DNA of 64,000 nucleotides from contig CAXXNO010000008.1 in assembly GCA_963663235.2 (NCBI GenBank), positions 64,001 to 128,000 of the forward strand, written 5' to 3'. Under the pieces are notes generated by a model. It saw only the letters and a list, made by a program, of their open reading frames with translations. It did no database searches and was not told the origin of the DNA. The position numbers were made by a program, and so were the translations under genes. Below, piece by piece: positions 9,896 through 19,747 of this stretch. Each line of letters starts with the position of its first letter. Position 1 is the first letter of the stretch. Source of the stretch: Dehalococcoidia bacterium. GTDB lineage: Bacteria > Chloroflexota > Dehalococcoidia > Bin125.

Positions 9896-11560
9896 ATGCA
9901 GGAGATGCTTGGCAGAACGACGCCCGACGACGCGGTGGAGCTCCACGAGGGTGCGGTCCTCGAGTCCGCTGTGAACCCGTCCGACGCGGAATTCATCGCC
10001 AACCGCGAGCAGATGGTCACGCGCGTTGCGGAGCTGCGCGAGCGCGAGGCGGTCGTGCACGCGGGCGGCGGCCCGGCCCAGACGGAGCGACATCGCTCAC
10101 GGGGCAAACTGCTGGCCCGGGAGCGGGTGGAGCGGCTGCTGGATTCCGGCACCCCGTTCCTGGAACTCAGCCCTCTCGCGGCCTGGGGCCTCTATGACGG
10201 TGACGCGCCCAGCGCGGGGATCGTGACGGGCATCGGCAGAGTTCGCGGGCGGGAAGTCGTGATCGTGGCGAATGACGCGACCGTCAAAGGCGGCACCTAC
10301 TACCCCATGACGGTGAAGAAACATCTCCGGGCTCAGGATGTGGCTGAGCAGAACCGATTGCCGTGCATCTACCTTGTCGATTCGGGCGGCGCGTTCCTGC
10401 CGCTGCAAGCGGACGTTTTCCCCGACCGCGACCACTTTGGTCGTATCTTCTACAACCAAGCGCGCATGTCCGCGCTCGGCATCCCTCAGATCGCGGCGGT
10501 GATGGGCGCCTGCACTGCGGGAGGCGCCTATGTGCCCGCCATGAGCGACGAAACGATCATCGTCGGCGGGACAGGCACCATCTTTCTCGGCGGCCCTCCG
10601 CTCGTGAAAGCCGCCACCGGCGAGGAGATCTCCGCGGAAGAACTTGGCGGCGCTGCGGTTCACACACAAGTATCCGGCGTTGCCGACCACTTTGCGGCCA
10701 ACGACGAGCAGGCCTTAGCGCTGGTGCGTAGCGTCGTGGCCAATCTCGGCCGACATGGAAAGTCGGTGCCCTGGCCCCTGACCACCCCCGATCCGCCCCT
10801 CTACGACGCGGAGGAGTTGTACGGCGTCATTCCGGCGTCGCCACGGAAGTCGTATGACGTGCGAGAGGTCATCGCGCGGATCGTCGATGGCAGCCGCTTC
10901 CACGAGTTCAAGTCGGCGTACGGCGCCACGCTTGTTTGCGGCTTCGCCCGCCTCCTGGGCTATCCGGTCGGCATCGTCGCAAACAACGGCATCCTCTTTT
11001 CCGAGAGCGCTCTCAAAGGGGCGCACTTCATCCAACTCTGTGCTCAGCGCAAGCTCCCGCTAGTCTTCCTTCAGAACATCACCGGCTTCATGGTGGGCAA
11101 GCGATACGAGCACGAGGGGATCGCGAAGCATGGCGCCAAGATGGTGACCGCAGTGGCGACGGCACAGGTGCCCAAGTTCACGGTGATCATCGGTGGTTCG
11201 TTTGGGGCGGGGAACTATGCGATGTGCGGCCGGGCCTACGCGCCGCGGATGCTGTGGATGTGGCCCAACGCGCGGATCTCGGTGATGGGCGGCGAGCAGG
11301 CGGCGCAGGTGCTGCTGACGGTTCGACTGGACAATCTCCGTGCCCGAGGGCAAGACATGACGGCTGAAAGCCAAGAGGAGTTCCTGACGCCGGTTCGTCA
11401 GAAGTACGAGGATGAAGGAAGCAGCTATTACAGCACTGCGCGGCTCTGGGATGACGGTATTCTGGATCCCGTGGATACGCGGACGGCGCTCGGGCTGGGA
11501 CTGAGCGCGGCGCTCAACGTGCCCATCCCCGATACGGGGTTCGGCATCTTCCGCATGTAA
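9896..11560 (+). CDS. liuB: Methylcrotonyl-CoA carboxylase-type carboxyltransferase subunit
   Basis: [47 protein letters not shown]-terminus. Confidence 0.9.
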   Translation: MQEMLGRTTPDDAVELHEGAVLESAVNPSDAEFIANREQMVTRVAELREREAVVHAGGGPAQTERHRSRGKLLARERVERLLDSGTPFLELSPLAAWGLYDGDAPSAGIVTGIGRVRGREVVIVANDATVKGGTYYPMTVKKHLRAQDVAEQNRLPCIYLVDSGGAFLPLQADVFPDRDHFGRIFYNQARMSALGIPQIAAVMGACTAGGAYVPAMSDETIIVGGTGTIFLGGPPLVKAATGEEISAEELGGAAVHTQVSGVADHFAANDEQALALVRSVVANLGRHGKSVPWPLTTPDPPLYDAEELYGVIPASPRKSYDVREVIARIVDGSRFHEFKSAYGATLVCGFARLLGYPVGIVANNGILFSESALKGAHFIQLCAQRKLPLVFLQNITGFMVGKRYEHEGIAKHGAKMVTAVATAQVPKFTVIIGGSFGAGNYAMCGRAYAPRMLWMWPNARISVMGGEQAAQVLLTVRLDNLRARGQDMTAESQEEFLTPVRQKYEDEGSSYYSTARLWDDGILDPVDTRTALGLGLSAALNVPIPDTGFGIFRM

Positions 11561-11562
11561 CG

Positions 11563-12360
11563 ATGGCCGACTCTGACTACCTCAGCGTGACACGCCGCGG
11601 CGCGAGCACGATCATCACGCTCACCCGCCCCGAGGTCCACAACGCTTTCGACGCCCGGCTCATCGCCGAGCTCAAGGCAGCGTTCGATGCGCTGCGCGAC
11701 GATTCCGAGACACGAGTCGTGGTGCTGGCGGCGGAAGGACCGTCATTCAGTGCCGGCGCCGACCTCAACTGGATGCGGCGCGCCGCCTCGTTCACGGAGG
11801 ATGAGAACCTGCGCGACGCCGGTGCGCTCGCCGCAATGCTGCGATCGATGGCGGAGTGCCCACACCCCGTAGTCGCACGAGTGCAGGGACCGGCGCTGGG
11901 CGGGGGCGTCGGGCTGGTGGCCGCGGCCGACATCGCGATCGCCGCGGAGACTGCGCGCTTCGCATTTACCGAAGTCCGCCTGGGGCTGATCCCGGCGACA
12001 ATTGCTCCGCATGTGGTTGAGAAGATCGGGCCGGGTCGAGCCCGCGCCCTGTTCCTCAGCGCCGAGCGCTTCGATGCGCGGCAGGCGGAGGCCATCGGCT
12101 TGGTACAGCGAGTGGTCCCTGTCGACGAGTTGGACGCGGCGGTCGATTCCGTGGTCGACACGCTGCTGGCCGGGGGACCGTCGGCCCACAGGATGGCGAA
12201 AGAGTTGGTCCGCCTCGTCCAGACGGAGACGGGCGCGGAGCTGGACCGGGCCACATCCGCGTTGGTCGCCCGCGCGCGCGTGACTGAGGAGGGCAGGGAA
12301 GGCATCCGCGCGTTCCTGGAGAAGCGCCTGCCGTCTTGGCGGCCCCCTGGCGCGGAGTAG
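11563..12360 (+). CDS. liuC: Enoyl-CoA hydratase (methylglutaconyl-CoA hydratase-like)
   Basis: RPEVHNAF, FSAGADLNWM, EVRLGLIPATI; operon context. Confidence 0.82.
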   Translation: MADSDYLSVTRRGASTIITLTRPEVHNAFDARLIAELKAAFDALRDDSETRVVVLAAEGPSFSAGADLNWMRRAASFTEDENLRDAGALAAMLRSMAECPHPVVARVQGPALGGGVGLVAAADIAIAAETARFAFTEVRLGLIPATIAPHVVEKIGPGRARALFLSAERFDARQAEAIGLVQRVVPVDELDAAVDSVVDTLLAGGPSAHRMAKELVRLVQTETGAELDRATSALVARARVTEEGREGIRAFLEKRLPSWRPPGAE

Positions 12361-12362
12361 CC

Positions 12363-14345
12363 GTGTTCACCAAGGTGCTGATCGCGAATCGTGGCGAGAT
12401 TGCTGTTCGGATCGCGCGGACCTGTCGGGAGCTGGGGATCGCGACCGTCGCCGTCTACTCGGATGTCGACCGCGATGCTTGTCACGTGCGAGCGGCGGAC
12501 GAGGCGGTACACATCGGTCCGGCCTCGGCGGCGGCGAGCTATCTCTCGATCGCGAAGATCGTCGACGCGGCGCGCCGCAGCGCTGCGGACGCCGTGCACC
12601 CCGGCTACGGCTTCCTCGCGGAGAGCCCGGCGCTGGCGAGTGCCTGCGCCGACGCCGACTTGGCCTTTGTCGGCCCCCCGGCCGCCGCGATGCGGCTGAT
12701 GGGCGACAAGACCACGGCGAGGCGGGTCGCAATCGAAAACGAGGTACCCGTGCTGCCTGGTGCGGACGAGGCCTCCGGGGACGGCGCTGGCCTGCTGGGC
12801 CGCGCGCGGGAGATCGGGTTTCCCCTGATGGTGAAAGCCGCGGTGGGTGGTGGCGGCCGAGGGATGCGCCGGGTCGAGACGGCGGATGCGCTGCCGGAGG
12901 CGCTGGCCGCTGCGGGCCGCGAGGCGCAGGCGGCCTTCGGCGATGCCCGCATCTTCCTGGAGCGCGCCTTGGTCGGCGGACGTCACATCGAGGTGCAGAT
13001 CCTCGCGGATTGTCGGGGGAACTCGCTGCATTTAGGTGAGCGCGATTGCTCGATCCAGCGACGCCACCAGAAGGTCATCGAGGAGAGCCCTGCGCCGGCG
13101 GTGACTCCAGCGATCCGCGAGCAGATGCGCGCCGCCGCTCTGCGGATCGCCCGCGCGGCCGGCTACGTGAACGCCGGCACGGTCGAGTTCCTCGTGGATC
13201 GCGAGGGCCGGTTCTTCTTCCTGGAGATGAACACCCGGCTGCAGGTAGAGCACGGCGTGACTGAGCTTGTGGTCGGGCGCGACCTCGTGGCCGACCAGTT
13301 GCGCATTGCGGCCGGGGAGCCGTTGGGGTTCTCCCAGAGCGACGTGCAGATCCGAGGACACGCCATCGAGTGCCGTATCTACGCGGAGGATCCCAGTCAG
13401 GGCTTCCTGCCTTCACCGGGCCGTCTCGGGCGCTTCGCACCGCCAGGGGGCGATGGGATCCGCAACGATGCCGGAGTCGAGTCCGGATCGTTGGTACCCG
13501 CTGAATACGATCCGCTGCTCGCGAAACTCCTCGTCCACGGCGCGACCAGAGACATCGCGCTGGAGCGGTGTCGCAAGGCGCTGGCCGCGTACGTTGTTGA
13601 GGGCGTGCGGAGCAACTTGGACCTCCTGGAGGCGGTGATCGCGCTTCCGGATTTCCAGTCGGGGCGCGCGGACCTCTCGACTGTGGAGTCGATCCGGCCG
13701 GCCGAGTTGGCTCCCTGTGTGCCCGATGATGTCCTGCTCGCCGCCGCCGTCGCCGACCTGTTGCCGGGCTCTGCCCAGGCTGGCGCGGACCCATGGATGG
13801 CCCTCGGCGCTTGGCGGCTGGGCGGTGTGAGCGACCTGACCTATGTGTACCGCGGCCGGTCGAAGTGCGTCAGTGCAGCGCGGCTCATCGGCCGGCGAGC
13901 AGCCTGGCGGCTGCGCATCGACGATCGGGTCCATGAGGTCGAGGCGTTGCTCGCCGCGAGCGGAGAGATCGTCGTCTTGGAGGACGGCGCACGGCAGACG
14001 TGGTCCGTCCTCCGAGATGCTACGCACCTTTCCCTTGCCGCCGCCGACGGTCGACGCTACACGATGGCCTATCCACTTCGCTCCCTACGCGACGTTGCGC
14101 ACTCGGCGCTCACGGCGGCCTCGAATGTGTTGCGCGCCCCCATGCATGGCGAAGTCATCGCCGTCTTGGTGCGGGAGGGCGACCAGGTGCGTGCCGGCCA
14201 GCCGCTCGTGATCCTGGAGGCGATGAAAATGGAGCACACCATTGCCGCGACCGCCGAAGGCGTCGTCATAGCAGTACGCTGTGCTGCGGGACAGAAGGTC
14301 GCGGAGGCCGAGCTGTTGCTTGAGTTGGAGATCGGAGGCGAATGA
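12363..14345 (+). CDS. liuD: Biotin carboxylase/biotin carrier subunit
   Basis: KVLIANRGEIA, HPGYGFLAE, EMNTRLQVEH, EAMKM biotinyl-Lys. Confidence 0.88.
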   Translation: MFTKVLIANRGEIAVRIARTCRELGIATVAVYSDVDRDACHVRAADEAVHIGPASAAASYLSIAKIVDAARRSAADAVHPGYGFLAESPALASACADADLAFVGPPAAAMRLMGDKTTARRVAIENEVPVLPGADEASGDGAGLLGRAREIGFPLMVKAAVGGGGRGMRRVETADALPEALAAAGREAQAAFGDARIFLERALVGGRHIEVQILADCRGNSLHLGERDCSIQRRHQKVIEESPAPAVTPAIREQMRAAALRIARAAGYVNAGTVEFLVDREGRFFFLEMNTRLQVEHGVTELVVGRDLVADQLRIAAGEPLGFSQSDVQIRGHAIECRIYAEDPSQGFLPSPGRLGRFAPPGGDGIRNDAGVESGSLVPAEYDPLLAKLLVHGATRDIALERCRKALAAYVVEGVRSNLDLLEAVIALPDFQSGRADLSTVESIRPAELAPCVPDDVLLAAAVADLLPGSAQAGADPWMALGAWRLGGVSDLTYVYRGRSKCVSAARLIGRRAAWRLRIDDRVHEVEALLAASGEIVVLEDGARQTWSVLRDATHLSLAAADGRRYTMAYPLRSLRDVAHSALTAASNVLRAPMHGEVIAVLVREGDQVRAGQPLVILEAMKMEHTIAATAEGVVIAVRCAAGQKVAEAELLLELEIGGE

Positions 14346-14348
14346 CCG

Positions 14349-15263
14349 ATGCGCGTGCCGGAGCAAGTGACGATCAACGAGGTCGGTCCGCGTGACGGAC
14401 TGCAGAACGAAGACACATTCTTCGACGCCGCGAAGAAGGTCGAATTCATCGACCGCTTGGCGCAGACCGGGTTGCGGCGCATTGAGGCCGTCTCGTTCGT
14501 GCATCCCAAAGCCATTCCGCAGATGCGGGACGCCACGGATGTGATGGCCGCGGTACCACGGCGCGAAGGCGTGACATACCTCGCCCTCGTTCCCAACGAG
14601 GTCGGCGCGCGCAACGCGTTGGCCGCCAACGTCGACGAGATCGGTGTGGTGGTCTCGGCCAGCGAGGGGCATAACCAAGCGAACGTGAAGCGCAGCATCG
14701 CTGAGTCACTCGATGGGATCGCCGGCGTGGCGGAGATCGCCGCGACGGCAGGGAAGCCCTGGGCCGGATACGTCTCCACGGCGTTCGGCTGCCCCTACGA
14801 CGGTGACGTGTTGCCGGCGAGCGTGATCCGGATCGCCGTCCGTCTGCGCGAACTCGGCGCTGGGACGATCTCGCTGGGCGACACCATCGGCGCGGCGAAT
14901 CCCCAGCAAGTCACCACGCTGGTTCGGGCCGTGCGCGACGCCCTCCCCGACACGCCGCTGCGCCTGCACTTCCATGACACACGTGGCACCGGCCTGGCCA
15001 ACGTGTTGGCCGCCCTGGAGGAAGGCGTCGACAACTTCGATGGCTCGGTCGGCGGGTTGGGTGGCTGTCCCTACGCACCCGGCGCGGCTGGAAACGTGGC
15101 CACGGAGGACCTGGTCTACATGCTGCACGAGATGGGTATCGGAACCGGCATCGATCTCCGGGCTCTCGTCGACGTTGCGCTGTGGGCAGAGCAACTCGTG
15201 GGCCGGCCCTTGCCCGGGCGCGTCAAACAGGCGGGCGAGCTGGTGTTCCGAGGGGCGGCGTAG
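14349..15263 (+). CDS. liuE: Hydroxymethylglutaryl-CoA lyase
   Basis: EVGPRDGLQNE, LHFHDTRG, GGCPYAPGAAGNVATED. Confidence 0.9.
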   Translation: MRVPEQVTINEVGPRDGLQNEDTFFDAAKKVEFIDRLAQTGLRRIEAVSFVHPKAIPQMRDATDVMAAVPRREGVTYLALVPNEVGARNALAANVDEIGVVVSASEGHNQANVKRSIAESLDGIAGVAEIAATAGKPWAGYVSTAFGCPYDGDVLPASVIRIAVRLRELGAGTISLGDTIGAANPQQVTTLVRAVRDALPDTPLRLHFHDTRGTGLANVLAALEEGVDNFDGSVGGLGGCPYAPGAAGNVATEDLVYMLHEMGIGTGIDLRALVDVALWAEQLVGRPLPGRVKQAGELVFRGAA

Positions 15264-15313
15264 GTGACCGGCGGCCATGGGACCGCGGCTGTGACGGGGG
15301 AGTGAGGCGGGAA

Positions 15314-16504
15314 ATGCTGAACGTGGAGTTCGCGCTCTCCGATCAGGCCACGCAGATGCAGCTCCTCGCCCGGAGATTGGCGCAGGAGCAGTTCCGCCTG
15401 CAAGCCGCCGAAATCGACCGCACCGAGCAATACCCGTGGGACAATATCAACGCCCTGGCGGCCAACGGCATCATGGGGCACACGGTGAGCACGCAGTACG
15501 GCGGCGGCGGCGGCGCGCTGATCGAGGCGATCGTCGCGGTAGAGGAGGTCGCGAAGGTTTGCGGCACGACGGCCCGGGTGGTGGTCGAGGGAAACATGGG
15601 CGCGGTGGGGGCCATCGGCGCCTACGGATCCGAGGAACAGAAGCAGCGCTATCTTCCGCTGATCGTTGCGGGTGACAAACCGGCGATCTGCATCACTGAG
15701 CCGGACGCCGGTTCGGCTGCGACGGACATGCGCACCACTGCGGTGCGTGACGGCGATGACTACGTGGTGGATGGACACAAGCGCTGGATCACAGGCGCTG
15801 GCATCTCCAAGATCTACCTGATCTTCGCGCGGATCAAGGAAAACGCGCACGATTTCGGCATCGGCGGCATCATCGCGGAAGCCGGTTCTCCAGGTCTGGA
15901 GGTCGGCAAGCGCTGGCCCATGATGGGCCTGCGAGGCCTGCCGGAGTGCGATGTCCACCTTCGCGGTTGCCGCCTCGGAGCGGGGAACCTCCTGGTGCGA
16001 GACGGAGGCTTCAGAAAGCTGATGACCGCCTACAACAGCCAGCGGTTGGGCGCTGCCACGGTCGCGATGGGCATCGCCGAAGGCGCCTTCGACGAGGCGG
16101 TGGCTTATTCCCAGGAGCGACACCAGTTCGACCGGCCGATCTCGGATTTCCAAGGCCTGCAGTGGATGCTCGCCGACATGGCGATCGCCACCACGACCTG
16201 TCGCGCCATGATTTACCGGGCGGCCGAGAACGCCGGGACCGGCTTCCCGGACTCGACGGAGGCGGCCATCTCCAAGGTTTACGCCTCGGAGATGGCGATC
16301 CAGGTGACCAACTCCGCCTTGCAAGTCTTCGGCGCCTACGGCTACTCGCGCGAATACCCCGTTGAGCGGATGGTGCGGGACGCCCGCATGTTTACGATTG
16401 GCGGCGGAACGGCGCAGTTGCAGCGCAATCTGATCGCCTCCGCACTGCTGGGCCGCAAGCTGGATCAGCGTCGCGAGCCGGAACCGGCGATCGAGCGGAA
16501 CTGA
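15314..16504 (+). CDS. Acyl-CoA dehydrogenase-fold protein, 3-sulfinopropanoyl-CoA desulfinase-like
   Basis: EQYPWDN, GDKPAICITEPDAGSAA, YNSQRLGA and RDARMFTIGGGTAQ recall the Advenella desulfinase; no catalytic Glu at either usual position. Confidence 0.78.
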   Translation: MLNVEFALSDQATQMQLLARRLAQEQFRLQAAEIDRTEQYPWDNINALAANGIMGHTVSTQYGGGGGALIEAIVAVEEVAKVCGTTARVVVEGNMGAVGAIGAYGSEEQKQRYLPLIVAGDKPAICITEPDAGSAATDMRTTAVRDGDDYVVDGHKRWITGAGISKIYLIFARIKENAHDFGIGGIIAEAGSPGLEVGKRWPMMGLRGLPECDVHLRGCRLGAGNLLVRDGGFRKLMTAYNSQRLGAATVAMGIAEGAFDEAVAYSQERHQFDRPISDFQGLQWMLADMAIATTTCRAMIYRAAENAGTGFPDSTEAAISKVYASEMAIQVTNSALQVFGAYGYSREYPVERMVRDARMFTIGGGTAQLQRNLIASALLGRKLDQRREPEPAIERN

Positions 16505-16560
16505 GCGTTTCAGCGTACTGTTCGCCCGATCCGTCGAATGGCGCTCAGCGGTCCACGATC

Positions 16561-17196
16561 CTAGTCGGGAGTGCGCGTTTCCGCGACGCGCCACATGTAC
16601 CATGACCCGACCGACCGGTATGGCGCCCAGCGGGCGCCGATCTTCTGCGCCCGCTGCGGCGTCGGCGTCTTGCGGAGCCCGTAGGCGACCTGCATTCCCT
16701 TGCAGACACCGAGGTCTCCCACCGGGAGAACGTTCGGACGGCCCAACTGGAACATGAGGAACATATGCGCCGTCCACTCACCAATGCCCTTCACCACGGT
16801 CAGCCGCTGGATCACCTCGTCATCGCTGAGCGTGTCGACGCCGCTGAGGTCGAGGCTCCCGTCCGCCACCCGCTGCGCCAAATCCCGGAGGTAGGCTGTC
16901 TTCTGCCGCGATACTCCGGCGTTGCGGAGCGCTTGATCGCTCGTGGCCAGCATCTCGTCCGGCGTGGGCATCCGCCCGTCCTCGCCGTAGATCGCCAGCA
17001 TCCGGCCCAGGATGGCCGCCGCAGCCGCGCCCGCGAGTTGCTGGTACATGATGCTGCGCACCAACGCCCCGTACGGGTCGCCGCTGGGGCGTGGCCGGTA
17101 GGGGCCGAAGCGCGTGATGAGCTCGCCGACGACGGGGTCGGCGTCGCGTAGATGCCGGTAGGCCGCTGCGGCGGAGAAGCGTAGGCGCGGAGTCAT
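16561..17196 (-). CDS. DNA-3-methyladenine glycosylase (AlkA/HhH-GPD family)
   Basis: SIMYQQL, VKGIGEWTA, LPVGDLG, WAPYRS. Confidence 0.9.
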   Translation of the reverse strand: MTPRLRFSAAAAYRHLRDADPVVGELITRFGPYRPRPSGDPYGALVRSIMYQQLAGAAAAAILGRMLAIYGEDGRMPTPDEMLATSDQALRNAGVSRQKTAYLRDLAQRVADGSLDLSGVDTLSDDEVIQRLTVVKGIGEWTAHMFLMFQLGRPNVLPVGDLGVCKGMQVAYGLRKTPTPQRAQKIGARWAPYRSVGSWYMWRVAETRTPD

Positions 17197-17339
17197 GCCG
17201 CATCGATTCTATCCCGCCTCCGGCGGCCACCTCCGCCCCGATCTTTGACCCTATATCCGGCGTGCGGGAGCATGGGCTCCGATCGACGAAGCGCCGCCGC
17301 CGACCCGCCTCGCAAGCTCGCCTGTCGAGCAGGAGCGCC

Positions 17340-18860
17340 GTGGCAGGAACCGCCGTTCGAGAGACACCGCCCTCCTGGGTCAAGATCATCGACCAGCACC
17401 GCTGTATCGGCTGCCACGCCTGTACCGTGGCCTGCAAGGCCGAAAACGACGTGCCGCTGGGAGTGAACCGGACCTTCGTCAAAGAGGTGGAGTCCGGCCG
17501 CTACCCGGAAACAACGCGCGTCTTCCAGGTGACCCGCTGCAACCAGTGCGACGATGCTCCCTGCACCACCGTCTGCCCCACGCGCGCTATGTACCGCCGT
17601 GCCGACGGTATCGTGGACTTCGACCGTCAGATCTGCATCGGATGCAAGGCCTGCCTGAACGCCTGCCCATACGACGCGATCTACATCGATCCCGTTTCGA
17701 ACAGCGCCGAGAAGTGCAACTTCTGCGCCCATCGCATCGACCGTCAGCTGGAGCCCGCCTGCGTTTCCGTCTGCCCGACGGAAGCGATCATCGTCGGCGA
17801 TCGGCGCAATCCAACGGGGGTCCTGGCGTCTCTGCTCGCCGACGGCGCGCTGCAGGTTCGCAAACCGCATCGCGGGACGCAGCCGAAACTGTTCTATCAT
17901 GAGGGCAGCCCCTTGGCGCTGGATCCGCTCGCTGGCGGCGCCGTGCGACCGCGGTCGGCAACAGAGCGCCCCGCGGGCGCATCGACCAGCCAGGCGGCCG
18001 CCCTTTACGGCGCTGGCGCAGGCCGGTCGATTCCCTGGGACTGGCGGGTCTCCGCCTACACATGGACGAAAGCCGTCGCGAGCGGGCCGTTTCTCCTCTG
18101 GGCGTTCTTCTCCCTGGGCTCCCCTGTCGAGCGCCAAGCCTGGACCATCTCCTTGGCAGTGGTCAGCGCCGCGCTGCTGCTCCTGACCGCCACTCTGTTG
18201 ATCGCCGACCTGACGCACCCCGCGCGCTTTTATCTCATTCTGATCCGACCGCAATGGCGCTCCTGGTTGGTGCGAGGTGGCTTCCTGCTGGCCGTGATGG
18301 GGGGAGGCGTCCTGCTCTTCTTCATCGCAGCGCTTACCGACGTCGAAGCGTTTCAGGCGGCGGTCGGTTGGATACTGGTCCCGCTCGGCTTCGGGGTAGT
18401 GGTGTACACGGCGTTCCTCTTCCGCGACAGCAAGGGCTGCCAGCTGTGGCAGAGCCCGCTGCTGGCGCCTCACCTGGTCGTCCAGGCCGTGGTAGCCGGA
18501 GCCGCTGTTCTCATCCTCGTGGAGAGCGCCACCAATCTCCCCTGGGCCGATCTGCGGGCGCTGGTCGCCGTCCTGCTCGCCGCGACGGTCCTGCATCTCG
18601 CGCTTGGCGCGCTTGAACTCCTGCAATCACAGGGAGACAGCGAAGTCCGCTATGCGGTCCGCGAGCTGCGGTCCGGGAGGCTGGCGATGTGGTTGCGGGC
18701 CGGCGCAGGGCTGGCCGTCGCGACGGTCGTCCTGACGGCCGTCGCGCTGGGCGCGGGGGAGCCGGCAGTGGCCTACGTCGCGGCCGGCATTGGCCTGGCC
18801 GGCCTTCCGCTGTATGAGCACGCGTACGTGCAAGCTGGCCAATCGGTGCCACTCGCGTAA
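17340..18860 (+). CDS. NrfC-like 4Fe-4S domain fused to NrfD/PsrC-like membrane anchor
   Basis: CIGCHAC, CNQCDDAPC..VCP, CIGCKACLNACP, KCNFC..C..CP, then TM helices with DL..P.RF and SWLVRG; AGGAG SD before GTG 17340. Confidence 0.88.
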   Translation: MAGTAVRETPPSWVKIIDQHRCIGCHACTVACKAENDVPLGVNRTFVKEVESGRYPETTRVFQVTRCNQCDDAPCTTVCPTRAMYRRADGIVDFDRQICIGCKACLNACPYDAIYIDPVSNSAEKCNFCAHRIDRQLEPACVSVCPTEAIIVGDRRNPTGVLASLLADGALQVRKPHRGTQPKLFYHEGSPLALDPLAGGAVRPRSATERPAGASTSQAAALYGAGAGRSIPWDWRVSAYTWTKAVASGPFLLWAFFSLGSPVERQAWTISLAVVSAALLLLTATLLIADLTHPARFYLILIRPQWRSWLVRGGFLLAVMGGGVLLFFIAALTDVEAFQAAVGWILVPLGFGVVVYTAFLFRDSKGCQLWQSPLLAPHLVVQAVVAGAAVLILVESATNLPWADLRALVAVLLAATVLHLALGALELLQSQGDSEVRYAVRELRSGRLAMWLRAGAGLAVATVVLTAVALGAGEPAVAYVAAGIGLAGLPLYEHAYVQAGQSVPLA

Positions 18861-18889
18861 TGAAGGGACGATGACACGGTGCGCGCTCG

Positions 18890-19747
18890 ATGAGCGTGGA
18901 GGAAGGCTTCCTGCTGGCCGCGATCGGCGCCACGGCCGGCGTCTACGGCACCATCATTGGGGCGGGCGGCGGCTTTCTGCTCGCGCCACTTCTCGTCCTG
19001 CTCTTCGACATCGAACCGGCGGAAGTGGTTGGCACGAGCCTTGGCGTTGTGCTGGTCAACGGGTTCTCCGGCACGATCATCCACGCCCGGCAGCGGCGCA
19101 TCGAGTGGGCGGTGGGCCTGTGGATCGCAATCCTTGCGATTCCCGCCTCGCTGGCCGCCGCCTACCTGATCGCGGAGCACGTTTCAGGGGCGGTCTTCTC
19201 AATCCTTTTGGGGTTGCTGCTCCTTGGACTAGCGCTGTTCATCGCCCAGCGGCTAGTCCGACAACGGTCTTGGTCGAAGGCGTCGGAGATGTCGCCGCCG
19301 CCTGCCGAAGGTGGGTCACAGGTTGCAGTGGACCACGTTCTTGGCCGCTCGGAGGTGCCGCTCCCCATTCACTCGCTCAGCCATCGGCGGACGACGGAAC
19401 TGGTCACGGCAGGCGGCGGGCTCGGGTTTATCTCGGGGATGTTTGGCATCGGCGCCGGGTTCCTGGTGGTCCCGTTGCTCGTGACGTGGTTACGGATGGC
19501 GCCGCGCCACGCGACGGCGACCGCCATCTTCACCCTCATTCCGTACAGCGCCGCCGCGTTCCTGCTCCAGGTGGCATTGGGCAACGTCGTCTGGGGGTTC
19601 ATCGCCGCCGCCGGTCCACCTGCCGTCATCGGCGCGCAGGCGGGGGGCTACGTCTCTGCCCGGATCCATCCGTCCAGCGTCATGGCCATGCTCGCAGCGG
19701 CCACCATGATGCTCGGCATCTTCTTACTCGTTGATGGGAGTCTGTGA
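18890..19747 (+). CDS. TauE/SafE (TSUP) family exporter
   Basis: GTIIGAGGGFLLAP and GFISGMFGIGAGFLVVP repeats. Confidence 0.88.
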   Translation: MSVEEGFLLAAIGATAGVYGTIIGAGGGFLLAPLLVLLFDIEPAEVVGTSLGVVLVNGFSGTIIHARQRRIEWAVGLWIAILAIPASLAAAYLIAEHVSGAVFSILLGLLLLGLALFIAQRLVRQRSWSKASEMSPPPAEGGSQVAVDHVLGRSEVPLPIHSLSHRRTTELVTAGGGLGFISGMFGIGAGFLVVPLLVTWLRMAPRHATATAIFTLIPYSAAAFLLQVALGNVVWGFIAAAGPPAVIGAQAGGYVSARIHPSSVMAMLAAATMMLGIFLLVDGSL

